A stretch of DNA of 63,371 nt, counting the filler, from Dugesia japonica (Eukaryota): the NCBI GenBank assembly GCA_001938525.1. It is 5 parts of 5 records of this genome, joined end to end, with 100 filler letters (N's around TTAATTAATTAA, not from the genome) between each part and the next. Parts side by side here need not be neighbours in the genome. Positions count along the whole stretch, not along the records: positions 42,647 to 54,475 come from MQRL01605818.1; positions 54,576 to 63,371 come from MQRL01578265.1; 3 more parts are not named here. One strand, 5' to 3'. The translations under genes were made by a program, and so were the position numbers. Shown piece after piece: positions 52,200 to 63,371 of the stretch; position 1 is the first letter of the stretch; the number at the start of each line of letters is the position of its first letter. The notes under the pieces were generated by a model that was not told the DNA's origin, made no database searches, and saw only the letters and a program-made list of their open reading frames with translations.

Positions 52200-53170
52200 T
52201 TTACACATGAAATGTTAAAAAATGACATATTAAAAATTTCACCAACATCTGATTCAATTAATAATCTAATGACAAAAAGATATGTGGTTTTTCAATCTTT
52301 ACAATCTACGAATCCATGAGATATTTGCAATGCAATTTTATACTTTAAAATAGAATTAGAAATGAATAAAGATAAAATAACCTTGGAAAATAATTTCTTC
52401 CCATCTTTATTTAAATCAATGAGATTAACCCTTGGTGCATCCGATGTAGAAGATATTAAAGATCCTAGAGTAATGTCTACCATGTTAAATTTTATTACAA
52501 CTAGTTATACCCATAAAAATGTATATGGAGAATTATCAGGATTGGTTTTAGATCTCGATAGACGAAAAAATTATACGCAAGTAAAAAATTTGAATTTTAT
52601 TTTCCATTGAGAAATTTATTTAGATTCATGCAAAATTTTAATCGAGTCCTTTACAATACAATGATTGAATTTACTTGTAACTGATCAATTAATGATAAAA
52701 TTTTATTTCATGGGGAAGGCTTGGCATCATTAAAATTAACAACACTTGAACTCCACATTACAGAATGTAGATTAGTGCGTAAAATGGAATTAAAACTTTT
52801 GGAAAGAATTGCCACCGATAAACCAATCAAAGTTGCATTTTTACATAGAATAACATCAAAAACAACTTTAAATTCGGGAAATTATGCTTCTTTGAAAAAA
52901 AAGCAATCTTGCATACAAACCAAGATATACTTTTGTTGTGATAAAGGATGAAAATATTTCTTTTTCTACAAATAATAATTTATTTATACAATAGAAATCA
53001 AAAACCATAAAAGTAGAAATAAAAGATACAATTGTAAATTCTTATTTAAAAACTATGCAAATACAATTAAATAATAATTACTATCCTATTAACGAATGTA
53101 CATTTAATATAGAAAAGAATGAAATGATATTTCCTTATTTAAATTTTTTAAAATGTTGTTATTATATAAA
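52200..53170 (+). pseudogene. Double-jelly-roll major capsid-like protein (Polinton/adintovirus-type), decayed
   Basis: ITLENNFFPSLFKSMRLTLGASDVEDIKDPRVMSTML; LKLTTLELHI...KPIKVAFLHR; LKTMQIQLNNNYYP. Confidence 0.7.
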
Positions 53171-53781
53171 AAAGCTTAATGATTATTTTAAAGAAATAAA
53201 TGAGGGGACTAAAAATAAAAAAAATTGATTCTCCAATAAATCAAATAATAAATGAAATAAAACACATGCTTAATAATTATTTAGTGTGGAGACATAAGCA
53301 TGAAAAAAATATGATTATCTCTTTGAATTCCTTATTACTACAGATAATGAGAGATTTCCATCTTTTTCCCTTAATATATTCATAAAACTAATTAGGATAG
53401 AAATAAAAGAAAAATGTGAATTTATTGATAGAGACTTATATTTTTTTCTTGAAGAACCCACTAATTTTCATTTTATATATACCACACCTATTTCACAAAT
53501 ATCTCTTATAATTTCTGGATATTCACAAATATCTAATTTCATTTTTTGTCTTCGTATTTTTAAGATACCAGAGTCTGATGAAAAAATTTGTTATGATAAC
53601 GATTTAAATAAAAAATTTAAAATTTCTTTAGAACTTAAGATCCTACCTATTTCATTTATGCTGAAAATTTTTTATTTAACTTTACCAAAGAATATTTATA
53701 TTAATAATATTATTATTATAAATAATCATCTTAAACTTGCAAAAAAAATATTTGATGAATTATAAAATTTCCCTAAAGAAA

Positions 53782-54350
53782 ATGGCAGAAGATTCTTTGT
53801 ATCCTAACTTAAAAAATTATCAAGAGGAAATAAATACTTATTCACTTGAAGATCAAAAAGTAAATTATCATCCCTAAGAAGAAAAGATTTGGAAAATGAT
53901 TTGTATTTTATAAAAGATAAAATAAAACACTAAAGAAAAATTTATAGACAATGGAACACTGCCGATGAAGGAATAAAATTATCACAAATTATAATTGGAA
54001 CCGGTGTTGCCATCGCTAGAATAATTTTTGTAACACCACTTGGAATTACTACTGGTGTAATTGTACTTCCTATAATAACTGGAATAGAATCTGTTATTCC
54101 AATTGTCGGGACATTAAATTCATCTTTAATTATCAAGAAAAAGAAAAGGTATGCAAGTTTAATTGTAAAATAAGAAGCCGTAAAAAACAAACTATTCCTC
54201 TGTCAACAGAAGGCCCTAAATGACAATATTTTAACAGCTCAAGAAATTGCGACAAGTGAAACTATGATACGAGAAGTTCAAGAAATAATTTTAAAATCAT
54301 AAGAATCAAATTTAAATTATGAAAATCTACTTAAAAACATAAAAACTTAA
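53782..54350 (+). pseudogene. Polinton-associated hydrophobic-hairpin protein, decayed
   Basis: LYPNL start, coiled region, Gly-rich hydrophobic hairpin (IIIGTGVAIA..LGITTGVIVLP), KKKKRY, and KALNDNILTAQE (KAL.D..I+..E). Confidence 0.55.
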
Positions 54351-54475
54351 CACTCTTGGTCGTCGTTTAACAATTCTAACATAAGATGCCACTGTTCACA
54401 ATTTTCACAATAAAATTTATTTTCGTGGGGCCATGTCCTATCACCATTATCTTCAATTATAGATTTATCATCATA

Positions 54476-54575
54476 NNNNNNNNNNNNNNNNNNNNNNNNN
54501 NNNNNNNNNNNNNNNNNNNTTAATTAATTAANNNNNNNNNNNNNNNNNNNNNNNNNNNNNNNNNNNNNNNNNNNN
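54476..54575. other. Synthetic scaffold spacer
   Basis: 44 N + TTAATTAATTAA + 44 N. Confidence 0.95.
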
Positions 54576-55432
54576 TTATTATTATTATTATTGTTATTAT
54601 TATTATTGTTATTATTATTATTATCATTACAATAATTATTTTTGAATAATATGAAAGTAATTTTGCAAAAATTTATTAATTATTTTATATTTGAAATATT
54701 ATTTTTTCCCCTCTTTAATTGAAGCATACGACTTCTACAGATAAGCATGATCTAAATGTTTTTTTTCAGCAATAGTAATTTTCTCTGTGTTTGTCGGGAT
54801 TCTGCGTGAGAGTTTACTTTCACTGAATTTATTTTCCTTCATATCTTAGTCAAAAGAAGCTATAGATTTTCTCCTAAATCTACCAAATGGATATTGATGT
54901 ATTAATTAATGTTAATTAAATTTAAAACCAGAATATTCATAATTAAAATTGATTCATAAATTCAAAATTGAACAATTTAATTTCAATAATATTCAATCAA
55001 ATAAAGAATACATACAAAGTTTAGCTGAAAATCATAAAGTCGTTGTTAATTATACTTATAAACATACTAAAAAAATTTAAAACCACACGAGATTGGAAAA
55101 AATCCAAATCCGATTTATATCGGCATATTTTACAAAGTAATTTATAAAATGAAAAAATCACCATGGAAACATCATTTATGGTTATGGGAATACTAAATTA
55201 GAGGTTTTGAAATTATATGATTTATTTTATTTGCTTTTCATTAGTTTTAGTTATTATAGAAGACAGTTTTTCCATTAACCCTTTTACAAATAAGCACAGA
55301 TACTCTTTGCTTGACACCTAATGACGCCAACTATATACAGCAGACACTTGTTTTATTTCAATAGCCAACTCAAATTAAAGCTAGTGTATTCATTAGGAAA
55401 CACAAAAAAATGAGATACGCAATTTAGCATAT

Positions 55433-55470
55433 GGGGAATCAATATTCGATTCCGGAGAGGGAACCTGAGA
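55433..55470 (+). pseudogene. Short 18S rRNA-derived fragment
   Basis: GGGGAATCAATATTCGATTCCGGAGAGGGAACCTGAGA versus the conserved eukaryotic SSU GGGGAATCAGGGTTCGATTCCGGAGAGGGAGCCTGAGA. Confidence 0.8.
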
Positions 55471-55679
55471 GAGTGCATCAGTACTGATCCAACCCAGACG
55501 TCAACCAATGCACTTAGAATCAAAAATATATGAATTACTGTAAAATTTAATCAAAACAGATGCGGTAAGAAAATTTAAAAGTCCATGGAATTCTTCATTA
55601 ATAAATGTTTTTTAAAGACGGATTGATCCGGGTGTGCGTTGATAATAGACAGTTAAATACAGCTACAGAAACATTTACT

Positions 55680-56270
55680 TTTCTAATACCGGATATACAT
55701 TTTCTGTTTGACTGTTTAGCTGATTCTAATCATTTCTTATCTATCAATCTAGATCAAGCTTAGTGCCAAGTAGAGTGGGATGAAAATTCAAGACTGTTTA
55801 CTGCTTTTACTACTAAACGAGGTCAGTTTTGTTTTAATCCCCTATCGCTTTTGAATTAGAAGCTGCACTATCCACTTATAAAAAACTTATGCATGAACTC
55901 ATAGATGAATGAATTTTTAACTGTGTTATTGTTTATCTCGATGATGTATTAATCTATGAGAAGTCTTTATAAATACATGAAAAAATTCTAAAAGAAACGT
56001 TTACACGAATTTTTAAGTCTCCACTAAAAATCCCAGATAAATGCAAATTTCACCAAAAAGAATTCATTTGTTGAACCATAATATAAATTTCAATGGAATT
56101 CAAATGAATAATTTGAAAGTTGAAGAATTATTTAAAGCAGAATTATGCTGAAAGAAGTCTTTATAAATACATGACAAAATTCTAGAAGAAACGTTTTTGC
56201 AGCCATATCAGAATGTGGCAAAAAACTTTAATGGACAAATGAATGAGATCAAATTTTTTTTATCTAAGTT
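55680..56270 (+). mobile_element. Gypsy RT core remnant
   Basis: FTAFTTKRGQFCF and VIVYLDDVLIY; about 42-bp local duplication (55961 and 56155). Confidence 0.85.
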
Positions 56271-56339
56271 ACAATGATTAACATTGTATTTTAATAAGTA
56301 TTGTATTTAAATAAATTTAGATTTTAATAGTAACTTAAC

Positions 56340-58970
56340 TTGTGACCACGCAAAAAAGGACAATGTAGTGACACACCTACAACAACAAAAATTAATTTTA
56401 GAAGCCTTACCTAAGAAGACTCGGGAGCTAATCAATTTTAATAAAAGCAAATATTATAGCAAAAATGCTTCAGAAGCTACAGCATTGCTGAAAGAAATCA
56501 AAGAAAAATTTTAAGTGGGACTGAATTACAAAAGAAGATGCAGAGAAGAGGTTTTTAAACGTTTTTACAATAATAAAATCGATCACGGAAATGATATTGA
56601 GCTTGCAACAAGGAAACAAGAATCAGAAGAGAGATTTGCAACGTTTGAGATATAAGTAAGAAATTTAGTTAACCACATAATATGCAATGAGTTCAGCGTA
56701 AAGTCCTGACGAAATTGTAAATTCGAGAGACATTTACAACAAGACCAAATATTAAAGTTGTGAAGATGAGATTTCTTGTAAAAATATATGAAGATAAAGA
56801 ACATTTTAAACATGCTGCTGGAAATGAAGATATTTATGCAATACAGAGAAGGAGTAAAATGTGTTAAAAAGAGACCAAAGCTCATAAGAGATGAGCTCAA
56901 AACCAACCGTCAATTAGTTTTAAAGCCAATAATAATGTTCTATATGACAACCCAAGAACAGAAAGATCAACGTATGAGAGAATTACAACCAGAGGATGTC
57001 ACTACCGGTGATTAGAGAAAACAGAACACAAGGTTTAAGTAGGAAACTAACAATTTCAATGAAACAGATTGCAAAATATCATTTTAACAGTTGTAGAGGA
57101 TTACCAGAATCACAAGAAAAACACNTGAAAGATGAACAATGTTATTATTGCGGAGAACATGGACATATGCGTTATCAATGTCCATTAAAAAACAAATATT
57201 TGTTATGTGGGAAAGTTGTACATAATTTCCAGCAACGCTATCCTGTGCAAGATCAACCTAATAGCAAAAATACTAAAATTCTATGCATCCAAAAGGAATA
57301 AGATGTATAAACTGACGAAGATAAAAGCTTTGAAATGCATGATATTGTTAAAAGAAAAAAATCAAAACAACTCCGTTAAATACATTTCGTCAGTAGAGTT
57401 AGTTTAAGATGAGATAGCTCAAATCGAAATAATCAAGACAGAAAAGAGGTGTATAAAAAAAGACGGAAGAAAGTGGAGCAGAGTAGACCTGAATAGAGTA
57501 AAATTAGAAATGTTATGGAATTCAGGAGCATTGATTACATTTATGAGTGAAAGGTACTGGTTGAAAGTAGAAAAAGCTTCCTTGTTATCCTGCAACGTCA
57601 TATCAAATGGTGTATTTTCGAGCAGTGGAAAGAAGCCGTTAATAAGAGTAAGACTGAGCGTTAAACGGAATAATAAAGTTAGAGTAATTAAAATTATAAT
57701 AGTTAAAAAGATACGACCACAATTTATTGGTGGATAGATGCAATAAAAGTTTCAGAATAAAACTGACTGAAGGCAATAACATTAAAACGGAGTGTTTGGG
57801 AAGAAACCACTCAAACGATTATAAAAGTAATTATGCATCAAATATCTTCAAAGAAACAAATAACAAAGATCTAACTGATCTAATTTCGAAGTTTGGTGAA
57901 ATATTCATGGCGTCTAAGTTTGATATAGGGTATACGAAACAAGTAGTACACGAAATAAAAGTATTTGGAGATCCAATTGTTCAACATTCCTACAGACGAC
58001 CTATGCACTTGTAAAAAAATATTGGCGAAATGATACAGAATTTAATAAATATTGGGGTAATTAGCAAAATCCACGGAATTCATCTTTAGTAATTGGTGGA
58101 AAAGAAGATGATTCGATTAGAATGCGCGTCGATTATCGACAACTGAATGTGATCGCTGAGAAGGTTTATTTCCGATGTCAAACTTCCAGTTATTATTGGA
58201 TTGCTTAGTAGATGCAAAAATATTTTTTTCAATTGATCTAAAACAAGCTTACTACCAAGTAGAATTATCAGAAAGCTTGAAAGATGTTACGGTGTGAATG
58301 GCAAATATGGGAGAATATGATTTTGAGTTAAAATATCAAAAAGGGGAAGAACACAACAATTCTGATGGATTATCGCGGATAAGTAAGAGTTTATGCTCAC
58401 AATGCCAAACAGTACATTTAGATGCCAAGAAAGAAAAATCAAGAGTAAAATATATTAACAGCATACAACAGAATGAGAACATCATAGAAAAATTCGGAAT
58501 GCACAGAAAGATGGTCCAATAATACAAAGAAGAATTGAAATAATTCAAAACGAAGTATGACTAGCAGATCATTCAAAGAAACTATTTGGATAAACTTGAT
58601 TGCGAATTGAAACTTGATGATGGATATAAGTCGTAGAAAGAGAAAATAAAAATTTGATAATAGTACCAACGAATTTAACCAACGAAATGATCAGACATAT
58701 TCATGAAGAATTATGTCATTTAGGAATTAAAAAGATATTTTCATATTTAGAGAATAATTATTAGTGGTTCGCAATGATGGATACTATTAAAAATATTTTG
58801 AATAAATGTGTGATTTGTGCAAAAAGGAAAATTTATCAAGGAAAAACGAAAGAACTGCTGTTACCTAGAAAGTGTCAATATATTTTGGAACAAATTGTGA
58901 TAGATATTGCTCATATGGAAACTGTGGCATCAGGAAAAATGTATTTAGCGGTGATTATTGATAGAAGCAT
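56340..58970 (+). mobile_element. Gypsy element C: gag, protease, RT start, deletion, RNase H end, integrase start
   Basis: CYYCGEHGHMRYQC knuckle; LWNSGA (DSGA-like); FDIGYTKQVVHEI; FSIDLKQAYYQV; EYDFELKYQKGEEHNNSDGLSR; HEELCHLG; EQIVIDIAH. Confidence 0.9.
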
Positions 58971-59928
58971 TTATTTTCATATTAATATTTCATTTCTATG
59001 ATAAGAAGTAAATTAAATCTAGAAATCTTGAAAATAAAATCCTTCACAAATAATGTTTTTCAAACGCTGGAGATTTATTTTCCTGGATAAAATTATAATT
59101 TATCAATGATTTAAATTCACGAATGAAAATCATAATTAAAAAAATATCTTTTTGAAAACATGGATTTATTTCTTGTTTTTGACAGATATCATTTTATCTG
59201 AATTAGAAAATAGAATTATACGAGGATAGATGATGATAATTAATATAGCTGATGATTGATAAAATAAGAAATGCTAAAAAACGATAAAAAAAAAAGCTAC
59301 GTATAGTATTCATCGGTGTATAATGCTTAATAGTATTTTTTTTAAAATAAAAACAACAAATTTACTCATAATGGCCATCTATGTTATAATGAATAAATAA
59401 TAGTTAATGCCAATTCTTAAAATATAGCGTTCATTTATTGATTTATTATTTTTAATTTGGGAATTTTAGAAATTTTAAATTTGGCGCCCTTAATAATAAC
59501 AGACGATTTTTTTTCATAATGCAAGACGTCATACTTCAGTTTTTTCTAGCGCCATATAGTTTTATGTTCAATCTCAGAGATTTTCTTTTCAAAGATCAAA
59601 TTTACTGAAAAAAATTTGTTATGAAAGAATCATAGTAATTTATCCGTATATGATTTCATTGAAATCGCTATTTCTAAAATAAACTTGGAGGATTTCTGCT
59701 TAAGAAGCGACCAACCCGGACATTTTGGCTGTTTATATTGATGTGTTAAATACCAAATTAATAGAAATTTTCACATATCGATTGTTTTCTTCGCTAAAAA
59801 TTTATATGATTAATAATTTGTGGCTAGGCACAGATATTTCTCTAATTAATTTCTTCTGTTTTGGACTACTTAATTATCAATATAATATTATATATATTTT
59901 TAAAAGGTAGCAATTTGTCTTTTTGTCC

Positions 59929-60350
59929 ATGGCGGTGTAGCTACTAGTGTGGTGAATGATCGGTGATGATAGGGAGTGTTGGAAATGTCAACGACGTGGT
60001 CATATCAGTAGAGATTGTCCACAGAAGAATCAGAGGAGATGTTTTTGGTGCGGAGAAACAGGACACATGAGATGTAATACGGTTGACAACAGAGTCAAAG
60101 TGCCGAGTATATGGGGGAAAAACAGGATGGAAGTTAGACAAGATGAGAAACGAGAGCAGAAAAATCTTTAATTAATGCAATAGAAACATAAAAAGAAGAG
60201 AATGGACGAGAATATGAAATTATAGAACATCGGAAGTAGTGTTCCCAAATGGAGGTGCTAACACCAAAAGAGGAGTTGGTAGGGGCCATTTATTGGAAGA
60301 TTCAATCATGGTGGGCTTTCAAGGAGTAGAAAAGTAGGAGAACAGAGATA
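59929..60350 (+). mobile_element. Deleted Gypsy gag remnant with two zinc knuckles
   Basis: CWKCQRRGHISRDC and CFWCGETGHMRC, preceded by PBS-like TGGCGGTGTAGC. Confidence 0.7.
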
Positions 60351-63309
60351 GAGTTTGTTAAATAATATTTAATTTTCCGTTAAAATATAAATTTCGAGTG
60401 GACGATGTAACAGAAATTTAAATTAAAGGTCCTTTAGATTTTTTTGTCAGCAATTACGGTTTTCAACAAATTATTATTTCTGTAAGATTTTTTTATTTTA
60501 TTGAATCTGTAATTTGTGTAAGCAATTTGTCCTTAATATATTGTAATTGCTAAATTTATAAATTGTAATATTTGTGTAATAATTTGTAATTTTTAATAAT
60601 CAATTTGTAAATATTTTAATAATTGTTGTTGAATAAATATTATTAATAATTCTTTATTCTGTTTAACATGGATTTAGATAATTCGGAGGTAATTCAGACG
60701 TAAGTATGCTTTACAATAATAATAATTTTTGGATTCTAGTGTATTTTTGTTTGATAGTCAATTACACCACTTTAAATTCATTTTTCGTTCCCATTTTATG
60801 GTTGTTTCATTTGTCTAGGGGCATACATAAAATCCTCAAGTGTTTAGATTACCTATGTAACATGCCCCTCTTTTTTTCTGGGTCTTGCCCGACTTTGCGG
60901 TATCGCGTCTTGCTCTCTGATTATCAAATTTTACCAAATAATACAATTAATTCACTCAGTTTATCTTGATGAAACATCCATCCATATATAAACCCGGTCA
61001 CACATATCCATAATGAATTAATTTAATCACAGATTTTGACATTTATTCTTTTTTTATAACATTAAAATTTCGTATTAGGCATTCTTAAATTCATCAATTT
61101 CAGTTTTCAATCTCTTTTGATTAACAAATAATCAAACAATTGACATGCATAACAATTTTTCGGCCTGCAGTTTATCGTAGCTTCGTCTCCGCTTCTGTAG
61201 CCCGTACCAAGGACGATAACAGCAAGTAGCAGCCATTATTCCTCGTCTCTGCTAGTACAAAGCTTCAGCAAGAATGTCCTTAACAATTTATTTTCCTCAC
61301 GAAACGAGAATATGGATATTAGCACTGCTCTAGATGCTATAACACCAACAATTTTTCTTACATTTACTTAGTAAAATATTCAGAAGAAAATACGCATATC
61401 GTTTATCAGCTATAATTGGTATTGACATAATTTAATTTTTTACCGAAAATTTTATTGAAATATTTATGTAATTAGATTTACTAATGCAGTGAAAGTTTAA
61501 TTAGATAGTAACTAATTAACCTAAAGAAAATATTGAAAAATATTACAGTTCTATAATTCATTTAATAAAAGAAAAGTTCTAACTTCCATTTATTAAAATT
61601 TCATATTTAGAATGAAATACAGAAAGGTTTAAATAAAATCATAGACAATTTGTGTGGAATTATTATTCTGAATTCATCAAAGCAACAACAAAACCCACGA
61701 AAACCGATGTTTATGTGTGCTAATACTCGAGCTCACATCGATTTAAAATGATATCCTAGAACCCATACTACCAAATTCCGTTGTTTCATCTCGATAATTT
61801 AGCCTCTCTCAATTTTAGGTATAGTGTCTCGAAATCTCCATATTTGTAATAATATTCTAATATTCTCATTTAATATTTTCTACTAACTCAATTTCATCTC
61901 ATATTGTATTTAATTTTCAATTTTCACTCCTGAGCATTTTCCGATTACATCCTGCAATATAGATTCTCCCTTTTATCGGTAACTGATATTTTTTATCGTC
62001 ACTAACCCATCTAATCTCGTATATCAACTCTTGGCCTCTTTTGATTACCTACTTCGAACATAGTTTCTCGTTTTCAACTGTAAAGCAATATTGTCGTTGA
62101 TACCATTTCATCACAGAATTCCATTTTATTTTGCCTCTAAAATCTTGATATCTTTTGCCCTCATTCGGCAAATATATTTTTCGGTAAAATGATATTTTTC
62201 ATCCACACAATTTCATCACATAATACCATTAACTTTCACCTTTAATCTCTTGACATCTTTCTATTTCATTTGGCAAATATATTTTCTCATCGATAGGAGC
62301 ACGATTGTTGTTGGGCACTCAGAACATATGAAAGTTTGATTTAAATTTATATACTTATAAATAAATTTCAATTTACTTTTAGTAATTTCTGGAATGCTTC
62401 GTTCCTCCTGGAGTAAATAAGTTATAACTGTTTCAAATTTTGATAAATATTTAATTAAATGTTTTTACTAACGAATGAAAAAGGGCTTTAAAATTTAAAT
62501 CTTTTTAAATGAAAAAAGTGCCCATTATCTGTCGTGTAGCTTGGTATTATTTTAAAGCGAGAGAAGAAATTAATGATGTCCAGTGGCAAATAATAATGTG
62601 GTATTTTCAAATAGCTGCTTCTGACTGGAGGACATCTTTCTACCGTTCAGTGTGTACCTTTCTTCATCTTCTTGATTCTGCAGTAATTTTCATGCACACC
62701 AACTCGTACTTTTCCTTGACTCTTGATGTTTAGTCTGTAACCTCATGTGACTCTAGATTAATCCATCTTGTTGTTATGACAAGTCTTTGTTTGATTTGAG
62801 GTAACTAAGTTATTTTGTTTCTAATTTCGGATTTATTTCACCTAAAGCAGACAAAGCACTGATAACTAGACCAGATTAATCAATATAATAATATTAATAA
62901 TATCAAACGCTAATTAGAGTTATTATAATCAAAAAAGGGTCGAAGAGACTCTTCTAATTTATTATTATAGTATTGTATAATAATTTTATTATTTATTCAA
63001 TCATTCTCCTCTTAGTTATTGCCAAATTTATTTTCGGCTTCCAAATTAGGGTCCTTTACGACCATTTTTCATTTTTTACATTCTTATAATTATCTTGTAA
63101 TAATTATAATAAGATTAATAATGACATAATAATAATGATAATAATAATTATATTTACTGGTCGTAATTTATATTTTAATCATTTTTAGACATTCTTAGAT
63201 TCTTAAATTATTATCTCTTTTCCGAAACTTCTGCAAACTCTCATTTTATTCTTTCTTTTCTGTAATTCAACCATTTTAATTGTTCAGTATGTTTTCTGCG
63301 CTGCCCAAT

Positions 63310-63322
63310 TATAATAATAATG

Positions 63323-63371
<49 letters not shown>
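63310..63371. repeat. (AAT)n microsatellite
   Basis: Trinucleotide run at the window end. Confidence 0.95.

Noticed and set aside
61160-62880. Less AT-rich, coding-like patches with an about 105-bp direct repeat near 62100-62290
   Set aside because: Stops in the frames examined and no identifiable motif; probably old TE debris
1-63371. Alternative genetic code or stop readthrough explaining the many in-frame stops
   Set aside because: All three stop codons occur together with frameshifts in TE relics, and the SLC10-like exon is open under the standard code

Overview
Very AT-rich eukaryotic (animal-like; a planarian/flatworm origin is plausible but not proven) draft-assembly window. It consists of five scaffolds joined by four identical synthetic 100-bp spacers (44N-TTAATTAATTAA-44N), so adjacency across the spacers is not evidence of physical linkage. 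Most sequence is decayed mobile DNA: several Ty3/Gypsy LTR retrotransposons (one with both ~100-130 bp LTRs nested inside another element's LTR), Penelope-like elements, mariner, hAT and Helitron relics, minisatellites and a 4-kb non-coding TIR element. Only one convincing host coding exon is present (SLC10 bile-acid:Na+ symporter-like, 17.8-18.4 kb). The most notable content is largely invisible in the ORF track: endogenous Polinton/Maverick-like virus remnants (two protein-primed DNA polymerase B pieces, three capsid-protein pieces, accessory ORFs). One co-oriented minus-strand cluster at 44-50 kb also carries a decayed, intronless TATA-binding-protein-like gene, suggesting a Polinton-like virus that encodes its own TBP. 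All protein assignments come from manual translation and motif recognition, not database searches.
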